From: Thecamonas trahens ATCC 50062
Lineage: Eukaryota; Protista; Apusomonadida
Length of the DNA stretch: 64,000 nucleotides
Direction: 5' to 3'
NCBI RefSeq assembly: GCF_000142905.1
Contig: NW_013657607.1
Span: 1 to 64,000 of the forward strand
The notes below the pieces were generated by a model, which did not search any database, had not been told where the DNA came from, and worked only from the letters and a program-made list of their open reading frames with translations. Each line of letters starts with the position of its first letter. The first letter of the stretch is position 1. This document shows positions 1-10,436 of this stretch, piece after piece. A program made the translations under genes and the position numbers.

Positions 1-1939
1 TGGCCACAGAAATTGACAAACCACTTGGTTGGTGGTGGCTGTGGGTATGCGTGAGATCGGTGGGGGTGATGGGGTGGCGGGGTGGCGCACTTGGTCGGAA
101 TTCGTTGGTCAGGGTCTGGGGGTGATTATGGTTATTGCACCACACCCGTCCAGCCTCCACACGCTTGCCATCACTCGCCAGCCGTCGCGAGGCCGACCAC
201 CACCATCATCATCACCATACACCTCCCCACACACACATGCGCATGCATCCACATCCACATGCTCGCCATACCCACATCCACATCCCACCAACCCCAGCCA
301 GCCAGCCGTTGATCACAAATGATCACACAACCTCACCACCCACACCCCGCAATCAATCATCATCTACCACACACCACCCATCCCAGTCCCAGCCCAACAC
401 CCACATGCACTGGCCGTCGTCCGCGACCTGCCTGCCATCCACACATTGCCAGATGGCGCTGCCTGCGCCCTCCAGCTGCTGAAGATGAGACCCAGACACA
501 TGCGCCGAGCACAACTATGCCTCGCACATCCGCCACACAACCGTCATCGCTCTCCTGCAACCACCACGCCCGACCATCCATCCCATCAACCCCATCACCT
601 GCTGCTGCTCAACCATCCATGCCCACCCGTAACCGTGCTCTGCAATCCAATCACCCCTCATCGCACATCAACACTCTGTCCTCCTTTATCCCGATCTCCC
701 CCACACCTCCCCACCGCCTCCGCCAGTCCTCCGGATCGTCCTCGATCAAGCGAGGTCAGCCGGCCAGCTCTTCTTTGCTGGGCGTCGTGCTACCTCTACC
801 TGACAGCGACGTACCTTGCCAACCCCACCCATGTCCCTCGCCCGTTGTCCTCATCGCCGCCGCCCGCACACGCACCCTGGCTCACGCCCCGCGGCCGCAA
901 TCTGATCTCTGCCATCGAGGCGTTGCGCATGCCGACTGCCACGCCGCCGTTCATGGGCTGGGCAAACAACAAGCCGACCACGCTCCGTCGACCACAGCCG
1001 CACGGCAGCCTGGACACCACCGCCCTGGCAGTCGATGCAACGTCGTCGTCCTTCCTCAAGAGCGCGCTGCGGTTCCAGCTCGCCATCAAGCTAACAGCGG
1101 AAGCAACAAAGCCCTGTCCTGCTCCGCCCAGACGAATGGGACATCCGGTTGCTCGACGACAGCGAGCACATGCCATCACCCTTCCACACACTCGTCGTCG
1201 CCAGATCGCGCACACTCTCACCACATCCATGCCGCAGTCGGACACCAGCCATCCCCCCTCCCATCGCCACACCCAAGCCGCACATGCCGCGCCAGCTCCC
1301 AGCAAACGAGCACATGGCCCCCACACACACAAGTATGCTGGACATCCTCTCCAGCCCGATCTACCGCCTCACCCTCGCCTCGGCCTCCAATCGCCTCCTC
1401 AGCCACCCGTCCGACGCCCCCAAGGCCAACGCTAAAAAGCCAACCACGAACGATCCCGATCCCATGGGCCTCACCTCCCCCGAGTCGGACGACCGCAGAT
1501 CCCTCGTCGGCGAGCTGGCTGCCATGAACCCCCTCTGTGTACTCAACAAAGCTGATGCCCGCCTTCCATCGCCATCTCAACTTGCATACGACTGGCCGAC
1601 CGCTCCCTCACCCTCCCTCGCCCTAGCTACTCTGAACACAAACCCCCACAGCGACAGCCGCACGGAGGACCATGGCCATCAGCCGGATCCCATCTTCCAT
1701 GACGCAGACAGTACCACCCTTTCACACCACTCTCTGCCGCTATCCGTTGGATGAAGGCTCTAACAATACTAACAATCAAAATGGCAGGCGCAGTCACCGA
1801 GCTGCGACGGCATCGCAGCAGGGGTCGAGACCGCACGATCACGCCAGCATCGTCGCTTCCCCCCCCCTCGCCGACAATCGGTGTCCATCCGTCCGCCGTG
1901 CCTCGCAGAAGACCAACTCTGACGTCGTCGCCATCGGCT

Positions 1940-2429
1940 NNNNNNNNNNNNNNNNNNNNNNNNNNNNNNNNNNNNNNNNNNNNNNNNNNNNNNNNNNNNN
2001 NNNNNNNNNNNNNNNNNNNNNNNNNNNNNNNNNNNNNNNNNNNNNNNNNNNNNNNNNNNNNNNNNNNNNNNNNNNNNNNNNNNNNNNNNNNNNNNNNNNN
2101 NNNNNNNNNNNNNNNNNNNNNNNNNNNNNNNNNNNNNNNNNNNNNNNNNNNNNNNNNNNNNNNNNNNNNNNNNNNNNNNNNNNNNNNNNNNNNNNNNNNN
2201 NNNNNNNNNNNNNNNNNNNNNNNNNNNNNNNNNNNNNNNNNNNNNNNNNNNNNNNNNNNNNNNNNNNNNNNNNNNNNNNNNNNNNNNNNNNNNNNNNNNN
2301 NNNNNNNNNNNNNNNNNNNNNNNNNNNNNNNNNNNNNNNNNNNNNNNNNNNNNNNNNNNNNNNNNNNNNNNNNNNNNNNNNNNNNNNNNNNNNNNNNNNN
2401 NNNNNNNNNNNNNNNNNNNNNNNNNNNNN
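1940..2429. other. Assembly gap (N run)
   Basis: Run of N bases; ORFs that cross it are artefacts. Confidence 0.99.
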
Positions 2430-3945
2430 CTGCCAGGCCGCCACGGATTCCATCGAACGAGTCGTCACGGTCTGCTGATGAGCACTTGCCACTTCTCAGC
2501 GCTGAAGTGCTTGAGCCGCTCGGCGCCGCATCGTCTACCGAGGCCACTGCCGATACGAACATACGCCAGACGCGCTCGGTGTCGTCGAGGCCATACAGCA
2601 GGTAGATGGCACCCAAGATGGCCTCGGCTTGTACATCATAGGATTCCGAAAGCACAATATCACCCATGCCAGTGGCCTTGAGGTACTGTTGACACGCTTC
2701 CCGTGACTCCATGTCCTGCATGGCGCAAGGGTAAGCACCGTGTCGCCGATAAATGCCAGCCGCTTGAACGGTGTGTCGCTCTTGTTCGACGCGATGGCCG
2801 TGGCAATGACCGCGTTCAGCCACTCGTAGCTGGCGGGCATGCCCAAGACAGCCACCGTGTCATGAACCCGCTTGCGGACCCCGTGCACCCGCAAGTGCTT
2901 GCGCCCCATGGCCACCGCTTGGTCGATGGCGGCACCGCAATCTGTCGATGCCGGGAACTGAACCAAGCTTGTCGCATTGCCCTTGACGCAGCTGTTGTCG
3001 TCATTGGCATCGTCGTCCACCGGCACAGCCTCTGGACACTCGCGCCCGAGGACGGCCCAGAACGAGGACACATCACCCCTGTCAACAACCTCGAGAGGAT
3101 ACGTCCAAAGGTGCTTCTTGTTTGACCGGTGCACCAAAACGTGACCGATCGCGCCTTCTCGAGCTCTGCGCGGCCCTTGAAGCAGCGCATCAGCTCACCC
3201 CCGGCGCGAGACGCCTTGCCCGACGACTGGTCCTCCTCGACAAACTTGGCGGGCACGATCCACTCCTCGGCGACAGTGGGCCTGCGATTGTAGGCATACT
3301 CGTGGTAGTGGATGGGGCGGGCTGGGAGACACAGCATACAGCCATTACCATCCGCATCGATGTACACGAGCTCGCTCGGGCTGCCCCGCCCGCGCAGCAT
3401 CCCGAGCCCCTCGACCGAGTACTTGGCTGTGTCCGAGACTGCCACATCCGACGCCGCGTACAGCGCCTGCAGGAGCCGCACTGTTATCTTGTCCTGGCCG
3501 ACCACTACAATCAAGCGCGCCCGATTCAAGTCGACCCCGCGGCGGCTGCTTGTGTAGATGATACAGGACTTGAACTCGTTGTAGCTACTGACCATGACGT
3601 TCTCGCCATCCATGAGCTTCTCCAGCTTGGCCGACACAAGTAGTCCAGGACCATCGCAGGCTCGTCGCCGCGCGCCACCATCGGCAACAGGGCACGACCC
3701 AGTTTGGACGAGGTGCGTGGCGAGTCAAGCCCGATGGCAACCTTGGCACCAGCTGGCAGCGGCATGGGATCGCCACTGGCTTCTGTGGTTGTCCGTGTCT
3801 GCGAAGTACACGTGTTGGCCACGCTCGGATAGTGTGTGAAGGAGACGATGGCCTCGGCAAACTTGATCACATCCTCGTCGGAAGGGCTGCTGGGGATGTG
3901 GGCGTTGTGCCAACTCTCGTCTGCGAACACCTGAAGGACGCCCTC
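2430..3945 (-). pseudogene. Frameshifted gene with a C-terminal RNase III domain and possible upstream SF2 helicase-like motifs
   Basis: ORF 2535..3137 gives FKRLAFIGDTVLTL (RNase III signature ERLEFLGD / Mini-III LAYIGD). The adjacent frame gives ESREACQQYLKATGMGDIV...YDVQAEAILGAIYLLYG (second RNase III motif). Upstream frames give VFADESWH and YTSSRRGVDL (weak DExH motif II and motif V likeness). At least three frame changes (~3635, ~3130, ~2725). Confidence 0.6.
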
Positions 3946-4540
3946 CTACCGAGCCTCGATCGCGTAAAAGCATCCAGCTCTGCTTGCTACGCTAACATGC
4001 CTTGCCCTGCCGCCATGGGTACGGAACGGGGACCGATAAACGGGTTGTCGACTTGGCGGAGATCCGTGTAGAAGCGGTGTGTGTTGTGAGGTAGCCGTTG
4101 TCGTAGTTCTGAATCGTCCGTCGCCGAAAGAATTTGGTGATCACTGCTCCGCTCCCTCCACCTTCCCATTCCATCCAAGCATCGACACACACTCATCGGA
4201 CAGACTGACGGATGATGCAGATATCCATCCTCTTCCATCCCATCACCTGCTTGCTGGTCACGAGCCTGCTGTCCAGCAACTGGCCAGTCGATAAAGCCAT
4301 CCACGCATACTCCTCAGTCGTGGCCACGCCCCATGACGCACTTGCATCGCAGCGCTCGTCACAACTATGCTGGTGGGCAACGTGCGAGACATTGCCGTGA
4401 CCTCCGAGTGGGGTGAGCTCATATCTCAAATTGGCTCGCTCTACGTTGATCGCCACCGTGTGCTGCATGAGCAAGCGGTAGACGCGGAGAGGGAAGCTCG
4501 AGCACACTCTCTGCAACAAGCTCTCGCCATGCTCCCTGTA

Positions 4541-5116
4541 TCACACCATCATGGGTCGTGACAGCAGGATGCACACGTCCGACAACCCATCCATCACCCT
4601 TGCTGCTGTCGAGTAGACGACCTCCTGGCCACGCGGCTCGTGGAGCTCTGATGGGTTGAATTGATCCCAACACGAGGTCGCGGTCTCATTGCCGTACAGC
4701 TCAAGGGTGAGGCCGATTGTGATTCGCCCAGACTCTCGTAATGAATCAAGATGCGCACCTCGAGCGAGGTAGTCTGAGAGGCTGCCGGCAGGTCCCCACT
4801 TTGGAATGCCCACCGCCGCCGCCATAGCACGTGATGCATTGAGTTCCAGTCCAGACCATGGTCCAAACCTTTCGTCCCATCCCAAGTACACCGTACACTC
4901 ACCGGAATGGAGCGCAAGTACCACATCTGGCTGGTGGTCTGTCACTCGTCGCCACAGGTCTGCAGCAGCAGGATGGTCAAGTGGTTGCCTCCCGGCCAAG
5001 TCTTCGCTGCCGATTCGCTCGGCAGCCGGGCGTCGATCAGGTGACGACGTGGCATAGCTGCGATTGAGATCGATGCCGGTGGTGTCGTGTCTGGCGCAGT
5101 TGTCGGGGTCTGCTAC
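4541..5116 (-). pseudogene. Zinc carboxypeptidase (M14) C-terminal fragment
   Basis: One open frame reads GIDLNRSY, then GRQPLDHP, VVLALHSGE and LTLELYG, matching the M14 substrate-binding, Zn-His and catalytic Glu motifs. An in-frame stop lies upstream and no HxxE motif is seen, so it is truncated or the 5' exon was not found. Confidence 0.75.
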
Positions 5117-5401
5117 TCATCGAACTCATGTCGACGGTCGTCTTTGTCTCGTACTAGAGCTACCCCTCGTAGAGTACGTACAAGAGCTGCATTCTGCTCC
5201 TCTTGATTTACAAGCTGTTCTCCGCCATGGGCACCACCGTGGTTGCTCTGATGTTATTCGAACATGCTGCATGCAAGCACGGGTGTGACCGACAAGTTGA
5301 GCGCCCGCCGTATCGACGTGCCAGCTGAGCGGCACGGCCCAAAGCCGCCACCCCACAATGGCTACTCCGCAACCCGGCCATGGCCGCCCCGGCGATCGAT
5401 T

Positions 5402-5466
5402 CCCAAACCCCCAAACCCCCAACCCCAACCCCAAAACCCAAACCCCAAACCCCAACCCTAAAGCCC
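5402..5466 (+). repeat. Degenerate telomere-like C/A tract (CCCCAA, CCCAAA, CCCTAA units)
   Basis: cccaaacccccaaacccccaaccccaaccccaaaacccaaaccccaaaccccaaccctaaa. Confidence 0.55.
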
Positions 5467-5517
5467 GGACCCTCCCCTATTTTTGTGTGCTTTTTGGGGA
5501 GGCGCTCCCCCCCTCTT

Positions 5518-5822
5518 GTCAACCGAGCACCACCTGACCGCCAAAAATGTAGTTATCCTTCCCCATCTCTCCCCCATCCATCCACTGTCAACCGACCGCA
5601 GCCCGTCAACCGAGGACCACCTGACCGGCAAGAGGAGACACCGAGTCCCTGCACTCATCCCATGCCCATACCAGCGTATTTATACCCCTTTCTACCCATA
5701 CCCCCCCCTCCCCCCCTCCATCCCTATCAACACCCTTCTCCTTCTCCTTCCCCGTCCCTCCCTCTCCCCATCCACTGTCAACCGACCGCGGCTCGCCCGT
5801 CAACCGAGCATCGCCTGGCCGA
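5518..5822 (+). repeat. Five dispersed GTCAACCGA motifs within longer duplicated blocks
   Basis: GTCAACCGA at 5518, 5587, 5605, 5777 and 5799. CATCCACTGTCAACCGACCGC occurs twice and GTCAACCGAGnAcCaCCTGaCCG three times. Confidence 0.85.
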
Positions 5823-5840
5823 GGTCTTTGCACTCTCGGA

Positions 5841-8408
5841 CTAGCGGCTTGCCTGGAAGGCGGCGATGGCATTGTCAACGTATTGGAGGATGTTGGCGCG
5901 GTCAGTCTGGAAGGCAGCGATGTTGCCCGTGGCGATGGTGACGTGATCCCTGACGTCGGCAAGCTCGGCCTCGGTGGCAGCGAGCTTGGCCCTGGTGTCG
6001 GCGAGCTCGGCGGCGAGCTCGGCCTCGGTAGCAGCGAGCTTGGCCTTGGTGTCGGCGAGCTCGGCCTCTAGCTTGTCCACGCGCGTGGCGGTTCCAGTCG
6101 AGGGGCCTGCGGCACCTCCGATGTCGCCACCGGCAACGATGGTGTCACGCACGTAAAGGGCCACTGGCTCGGGAACGGCCCCGTTGACGATGAGATTGTA
6201 GACCTCCTTCGCAGCCGCATTGGTGTCGCTACCGGGCTTGTTGAGCACAGTAGACGCAATGGCGAGAGCCGTCTCGGCGTTGGCGCCCAGAGACCACACA
6301 TCGGCGCCGGCAGCAAGCAGCGCCATGGTTGCCTGGATGTTGGAGAGCGAGACGGCAATGTGGAGGGGGCGCAGCCCAAGAGATGGTTCGAGGGCGTTGA
6401 TGTCGGCGCCCGTGTTGATGAGGAACGCGAAGACAGGGATGGGGAACGGGGTCATGTCACTGGCATGGAGGGCGATGAAGAGGGTGAGCGTGGCCTTGTT
6501 GATACCGTTGGCCAGCTCGTCCCCGCCATCAGCATTGGCCCGAAGTGACTCAATCATGAGACCGACAAAGGCTGGCGCATAAGATGCAGGCGAATGCACG
6601 TATGCGTGCTTGTTGTCATCGTCGAGGTCGTAGAGGTCTGCGCCGTAGGCAAGGAGCATGTTGAGAGTGTCGGGAGAGAGAGCGTTGCAGCGGGCCATGA
6701 GATGCACTGGAGAGGGCACATGGGCTCGATGGCAGAAGTGAGTCAGTGCTTGAAGGAGTTCTGGGCTGTTCGCAAGAGTGACAACGCCAACCAGAGCACG
6801 GGCATGCTGCGATGCAAGGAAGCCCGGTTCGGCGATGGCAGTGCGTGCGCGATGCAAGTCGAGAGTAACCTTGGAGCAGTTGCCCAAGTTGAGGGATGTG
6901 AGGTTGGGGCAGCCGCCGGCCACCGCCACCACTGCCGCATCGGTGATGTTGGAGCAGGCGGTCAAGTCGAGGGTTGTGAGGTTGGGGCAGCCGCCGGCCA
7001 CCGCCACCACTGCCGCATCGGTGAGCTTGGTGCAGCTCCGCAAGATGAGGGTTGTGAGGTTGGGGCAGCCGCCGGCCACCGCCACCACTGCCGCATCGGT
7101 GAGCTTGGAGCAGCGCCACAAGTCAAGGGTTGTGAGGTTGGGGCAGCCGCCGGCCACCGCCACCACTGCTGCATCGGTAATGTTGGAGCAGTTGCCCAAG
7201 TCGAGGGTTGTGAGGTTGGGGCAGCCGCCGGCCACCGCCACCACTGCTGCATCGGTGAGCTCGGAGCAGGCGGTCAAGTCGAGGGTTGTGAGGTTGGGGC
7301 AGCCGCCGGCCACCGCCACCACTGCCGCATCGGTGAGCTTGGAGCAGGCGGTCAAGTTGAGGGTTGTGAGGTTGGGGCAGCCGCCGGCCACCGCCACCAC
7401 TGCCGCATCGGTGATGTTGCGACAGCCGCGCAAGTTGAGGGTTGTGAGGTTGGGGCAGCCGCCGGCCACTGCCACCACTGCCGCATCGGTGAGCTTGGTG
7501 CAGTCGCCCAAGATGAGGGATGTGAGGTTGGGGCAGCCGCCGGCCACCGCCACCACTGCCGCATCGGTGATGTTGCGACAGCCGTGCAAGTTGAGGGTTG
7601 TGAGGTTGGGGCAGCCGCCGGCCACCGCCACCACTGCCGCATCGGTGAGCTTGGAGCAGCCGTTCAAGTCGAGGGATGTGAGGTTGGGGCAGCCGCCGGC
7701 CACCGCCACCACTGCCGCATCGGTGATGTTGCGACAGCCGTGCAAGTTGAGGGTTGTGAGGTTGGGGCAGCAGCCGGCCACCGCCACCACTGCCGCATCG
7801 GTGAGCTTGGTGCAGTCGCCCAAGATGAGGGATGTGAGGTTGGGGCAGCCGTCGGCCACCGCCACCACTGCTGCATCGGTGATGTCGTAGCAGTTGTACA
7901 AGTCGAGGGATGTGAGGTTGGGGCAGCCGCCGGCCACCGCCACCACTGCCGCATCGGTGATGTTGCGACAGCCGTGCAAGTTGAGGGTTGTGAGGTTGGG
8001 GCAGCCGCCGGCCACCGCCACCACTGCTGCATCGGTGATGTTGGAGCAGCTGTCCAAGTTGAGGGTTGTGAGCTTGGGGCAGCCGTCGGCCACCGCCACC
8101 ACTGCCGCATCGGTGAGCTTGGTGCAGTGGCCCAAGTCGAGGGATGTGAGGTTGGGGCAGCCGCCGGCCACCGCCACCACTACCGCATCGGTGAGCTTGG
8201 TGCAGCTCCGCAAGATGAGGGATGTGAGGTTGGGGCACATCTCCGCCACCACAGCTGCCATAGCGTCGGTGAAGGACTTGTTGGAGTTGCCACCTTTGCT
8301 CGCCGTCACCTCGCCCACCCCCACCCCATCCCCCAGAGCCCCTCTCACCTCCTCCACTGTCCTCGTATTCGACACGTCCACCGTCCGTCCAGCACCATTC
8401 GCAGCCAT
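5841..8408 (-). CDS. LRR (cysteine-containing, 26-aa) array + ankyrin-like repeats + C-terminal coiled coil, paralog 1
   Basis: 18 repeats of CPNLTxLxLxxCxxxTDAAVVAVAGG, then ankyrin-like GADINALEPSLGLRPLHIAV and heptads LAATEAE. Start placed at ATG 8408 (MAANGAGR) by similarity to the paralog starting at 12853. Confidence 0.9.
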   Translation of the reverse strand: MAANGAGRTVDVSNTRTVEEVRGALGDGVGVGEVTASKGGNSNKSFTDAMAAVVAEMCPNLTSLILRSCTKLTDAVVVAVAGGCPNLTSLDLGHCTKLTDAAVVAVADGCPKLTTLNLDSCSNITDAAVVAVAGGCPNLTTLNLHGCRNITDAAVVAVAGGCPNLTSLDLYNCYDITDAAVVAVADGCPNLTSLILGDCTKLTDAAVVAVAGCCPNLTTLNLHGCRNITDAAVVAVAGGCPNLTSLDLNGCSKLTDAAVVAVAGGCPNLTTLNLHGCRNITDAAVVAVAGGCPNLTSLILGDCTKLTDAAVVAVAGGCPNLTTLNLRGCRNITDAAVVAVAGGCPNLTTLNLTACSKLTDAAVVAVAGGCPNLTTLDLTACSELTDAAVVAVAGGCPNLTTLDLGNCSNITDAAVVAVAGGCPNLTTLDLWRCSKLTDAAVVAVAGGCPNLTTLILRSCTKLTDAAVVAVAGGCPNLTTLDLTACSNITDAAVVAVAGGCPNLTSLNLGNCSKVTLDLHRARTAIAEPGFLASQHARALVGVVTLANSPELLQALTHFCHRAHVPSPVHLMARCNALSPDTLNMLLAYGADLYDLDDDNKHAYVHSPASYAPAFVGLMIESLRANADGGDELANGINKATLTLFIALHASDMTPFPIPVFAFLINTGADINALEPSLGLRPLHIAVSLSNIQATMALLAAGADVWSLGANAETALAIASTVLNKPGSDTNAAAKEVYNLIVNGAVPEPVALYVRDTIVAGGDIGGAAGPSTGTATRVDKLEAELADTKAKLAATEAELAAELADTRAKLAATEAELADVRDHVTIATGNIAAFQTDRANILQYVDNAIAAFQASR
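6862..8238 (-). repeat. 78-bp coding tandem repeat, about 18 units
   Basis: Near-invariant gaggttggggcagccgccggccaccgccaccactgccgcatcggtga recurring every 78 bp, with a short variable segment between copies. Confidence 0.97.
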
Positions 8409-8968
8409 ACTTCCTTCACACTCGTCACACAGAGAGATATACCCCCCGCCCCAACCACCTTCCCCACACCTCCACCCACCCACCCTCCCTGCGGCCAATC
8501 GGCAGAAACCGAAAACCATAACAATTCCACAGAGAGTGTCCGCCAGAATTAACGCCTCCTCCACTACTCAGACCGCCCTACCATCCTCATTACCCACAAA
8601 CCCACACCCTCCCACCCACCCTTTGTCCCCATGCACACACCCACCAACACACCCCTCATCACTCCCTCTCCACCACATTCGCCGCACCTCCCACCCACCC
8701 TCCTCCACCCAGGTCGAACTCCCGGCAGTGTGCCGTCGACCGCCTTCTTTCCTTCTCTGCCCGCACCTCTGCCCCCACATTCCACACATGCACCACCTGA
8801 ATACCACCGCCGCCGCTCCGGAGTCGCCCCGCCCTGGTCACCTCCCCCGCCGGCCTCGCCCTCCACCCCTACCCATGCCTATCACTATCAACCCTCACCA
8901 TACCCCTTCCATCGTCATCCGCCCTCATCCATACCCCTACCATACCCCCCCACCCCCCATCCTGCTGA

Positions 8969-9136
8969 GGCCTGCCGATCAATGGCCATCAACCACCGGC
9001 CGGCCTTCAACCCCCCTACCGCGGGCATGAAACACGCTACACGCGGTCTGCCGCCACGAGAACGCCGCACATGGCACATACACCAGCTGGTCTACCACCT
9101 GCACCGCCCTCGCGCAGCGGTGCCTGCTGTAGGACG
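8969..9136. repeat. Direct repeat copy A (~168 bp)
   Basis: Aligns by eye with 10437-10605, including the identical core ccctaccgcgggcatgaaacacgctacacgcggtctgccgccacgagaacg. Confidence 0.93.
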
Positions 9137-9341
9137 AGGTCTCTTCAATATAGCATGGGTGAGGGTGGGTCAGAGGGACTCGGTCGCCCCTCCGTCCATC
9201 CCACCCCGACAGAAGATTCGATCGGCGGTCAGAGATCACGCACGCGGCGGCCCCCTGGTCACTGGGTTGGTTAGAGGACAACAGAATGGTCGACGCTTGC
9301 TTTGTGTAGTCGCTCGAGGACAACATCGTGCTGGATGAGTG

Positions 9342-10217
9342 CTACACCTCGCGGAAAAGCACCGCCAGTCCATCATGCACCAGAGGCTGCGCCGTGGCCC
9401 ACAAACCAAGCCCCACGAGCGTGACCTCACTCTCACCATAGGGCACGACAGACTTGCACACGAGCGAGAACGAGAGCTCGTCGCCCTTGTCCACGAAGAG
9501 AGGCTCTTCCAACGTCAGCGAGGCCTGCACACCCCGGTCTATGGCCGAAGAAACCGTTGAGATCGTTCCTCCGGCGTTCGAGTCGCGCCCGCGCCACAGG
9601 ATAAAGGTGCAGTTCTCGATGCTACGAGCGCCATCTACACCACCAGCGACGTACATCTCATTGTGAAGGACAAATGGGCGGGTTGCGACGAACGAGATAG
9701 GCTGGCCGGCAAAGGTTCCCGAAGAGACGTCCTCGACGAGCACGATGGGCTCGTCAGGGTAGGAGCCGACAAGCAGGCTCTTCTGCGTCTCCATCCGGTT
9801 CGACCAGCTTCTTTTCTGAGGACTGACGTAGGAAGCCTCTGCGTTGAGCGACAAGGACGGAAGAGCCGCAAAGGGCTGAAGGATCTCCGGTGCGATGCCG
9901 AGCTCATGCGCAGCCAGGAGCACCCGCGCAGCTTCAATGGAGTCAGAGGGCAGCAGGTAAGCAGTACGTTGCCGAAGCAGGTCGAGCACCTGCGCGAAAA
10001 CGTCTGGGTCCATGTCGAGGAACGCAGGCTTGTCGGGCGTGGCTTGGGAGACGAGCTCGGGGAGGCGAGAGCCAGCGGCGTAGCCCTCGATAAACGTCGA
10101 TGAACGCGTGCGGAAGCGACGACCACCCACATCCACCAAGACAGTGTCTGAAGTGGCGGACACGGCATAGGCTACCAGGGCAAGACAGACGAAGCTCGCA
10201 AGTGCAGGTCGGTGCAT
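9342..10217 (-). CDS. KCTD/T1-type BTB/POZ domain protein with N-terminal signal peptide
   Basis: MHRPALASFVCLALVAYAVSA, then VLVDVGGRRFRTRSSTF...FLDMDPDVFAQVLDLLR...LLAAHELGI (BTB_2 pattern); unknown beta-rich C-terminus. Confidence 0.85.
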   Translation of the reverse strand: MHRPALASFVCLALVAYAVSATSDTVLVDVGGRRFRTRSSTFIEGYAAGSRLPELVSQATPDKPAFLDMDPDVFAQVLDLLRQRTAYLLPSDSIEAARVLLAAHELGIAPEILQPFAALPSLSLNAEASYVSPQKRSWSNRMETQKSLLVGSYPDEPIVLVEDVSSGTFAGQPISFVATRPFVLHNEMYVAGGVDGARSIENCTFILWRGRDSNAGGTISTVSSAIDRGVQASLTLEEPLFVDKGDELSFSLVCKSVVPYGESEVTLVGLGLWATAQPLVHDGLAVLFREV

Positions 10218-10436
10218 GGCGACAGGCGAGTCGAGAGTTGCGTGGGCTGTTAGGACTGGGTGTGTTTGTTGGTGGCCACCCCTCTGCCCGACCCGCACCT
10301 CCAAAAAAAATGGAGCGGCATTGGCAATGATCCAACGTACACCAGATGGTCCCTCTCTCCATCCGATCCCCTTCCCTCCATGGCCACCCCACCCTCGCCC
10401 TACCCCATTGGCCAGCCGATCCCTGCCCCCTTGGCC

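Noticed and set aside
1-1939. Possible 3' end of a non-LTR retrotransposon or other gene
   Set aside because: The sequence is C/A-rich and low complexity, with only a vague Cys/His pattern (KPCPAP...DDSEH); no RT or endonuclease motif was found.
1627-2823. ORFs spanning the N gaps (also 21729-23558 and similar)
   Set aside because: They are open only because N codons contain no stops.
5518-5822. GTCAAC motifs as IS200/IS605 or IscB/Fanzor element ends
   Set aside because: No RuvC/HNH nuclease or transposase ORF was recognised nearby, and no structured RNA could be supported.
6862-8238. CRISPR-like pattern of a constant repeat with variable spacers
   Set aside because: The period is exactly 26 codons in an open LRR frame, the variable parts are homologous to each other, the context is eukaryotic and no cas genes are present.
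6594-8552. Long antisense and alternative-frame ORFs over the LRR, FG-GAP, S10 and malate synthase genes (for example 42025..44604, 44647..45888, 48720..50582, 62356..63783)
   Set aside because: These are shadow ORFs expected from high GC3 and repeats; they have no independent motifs.
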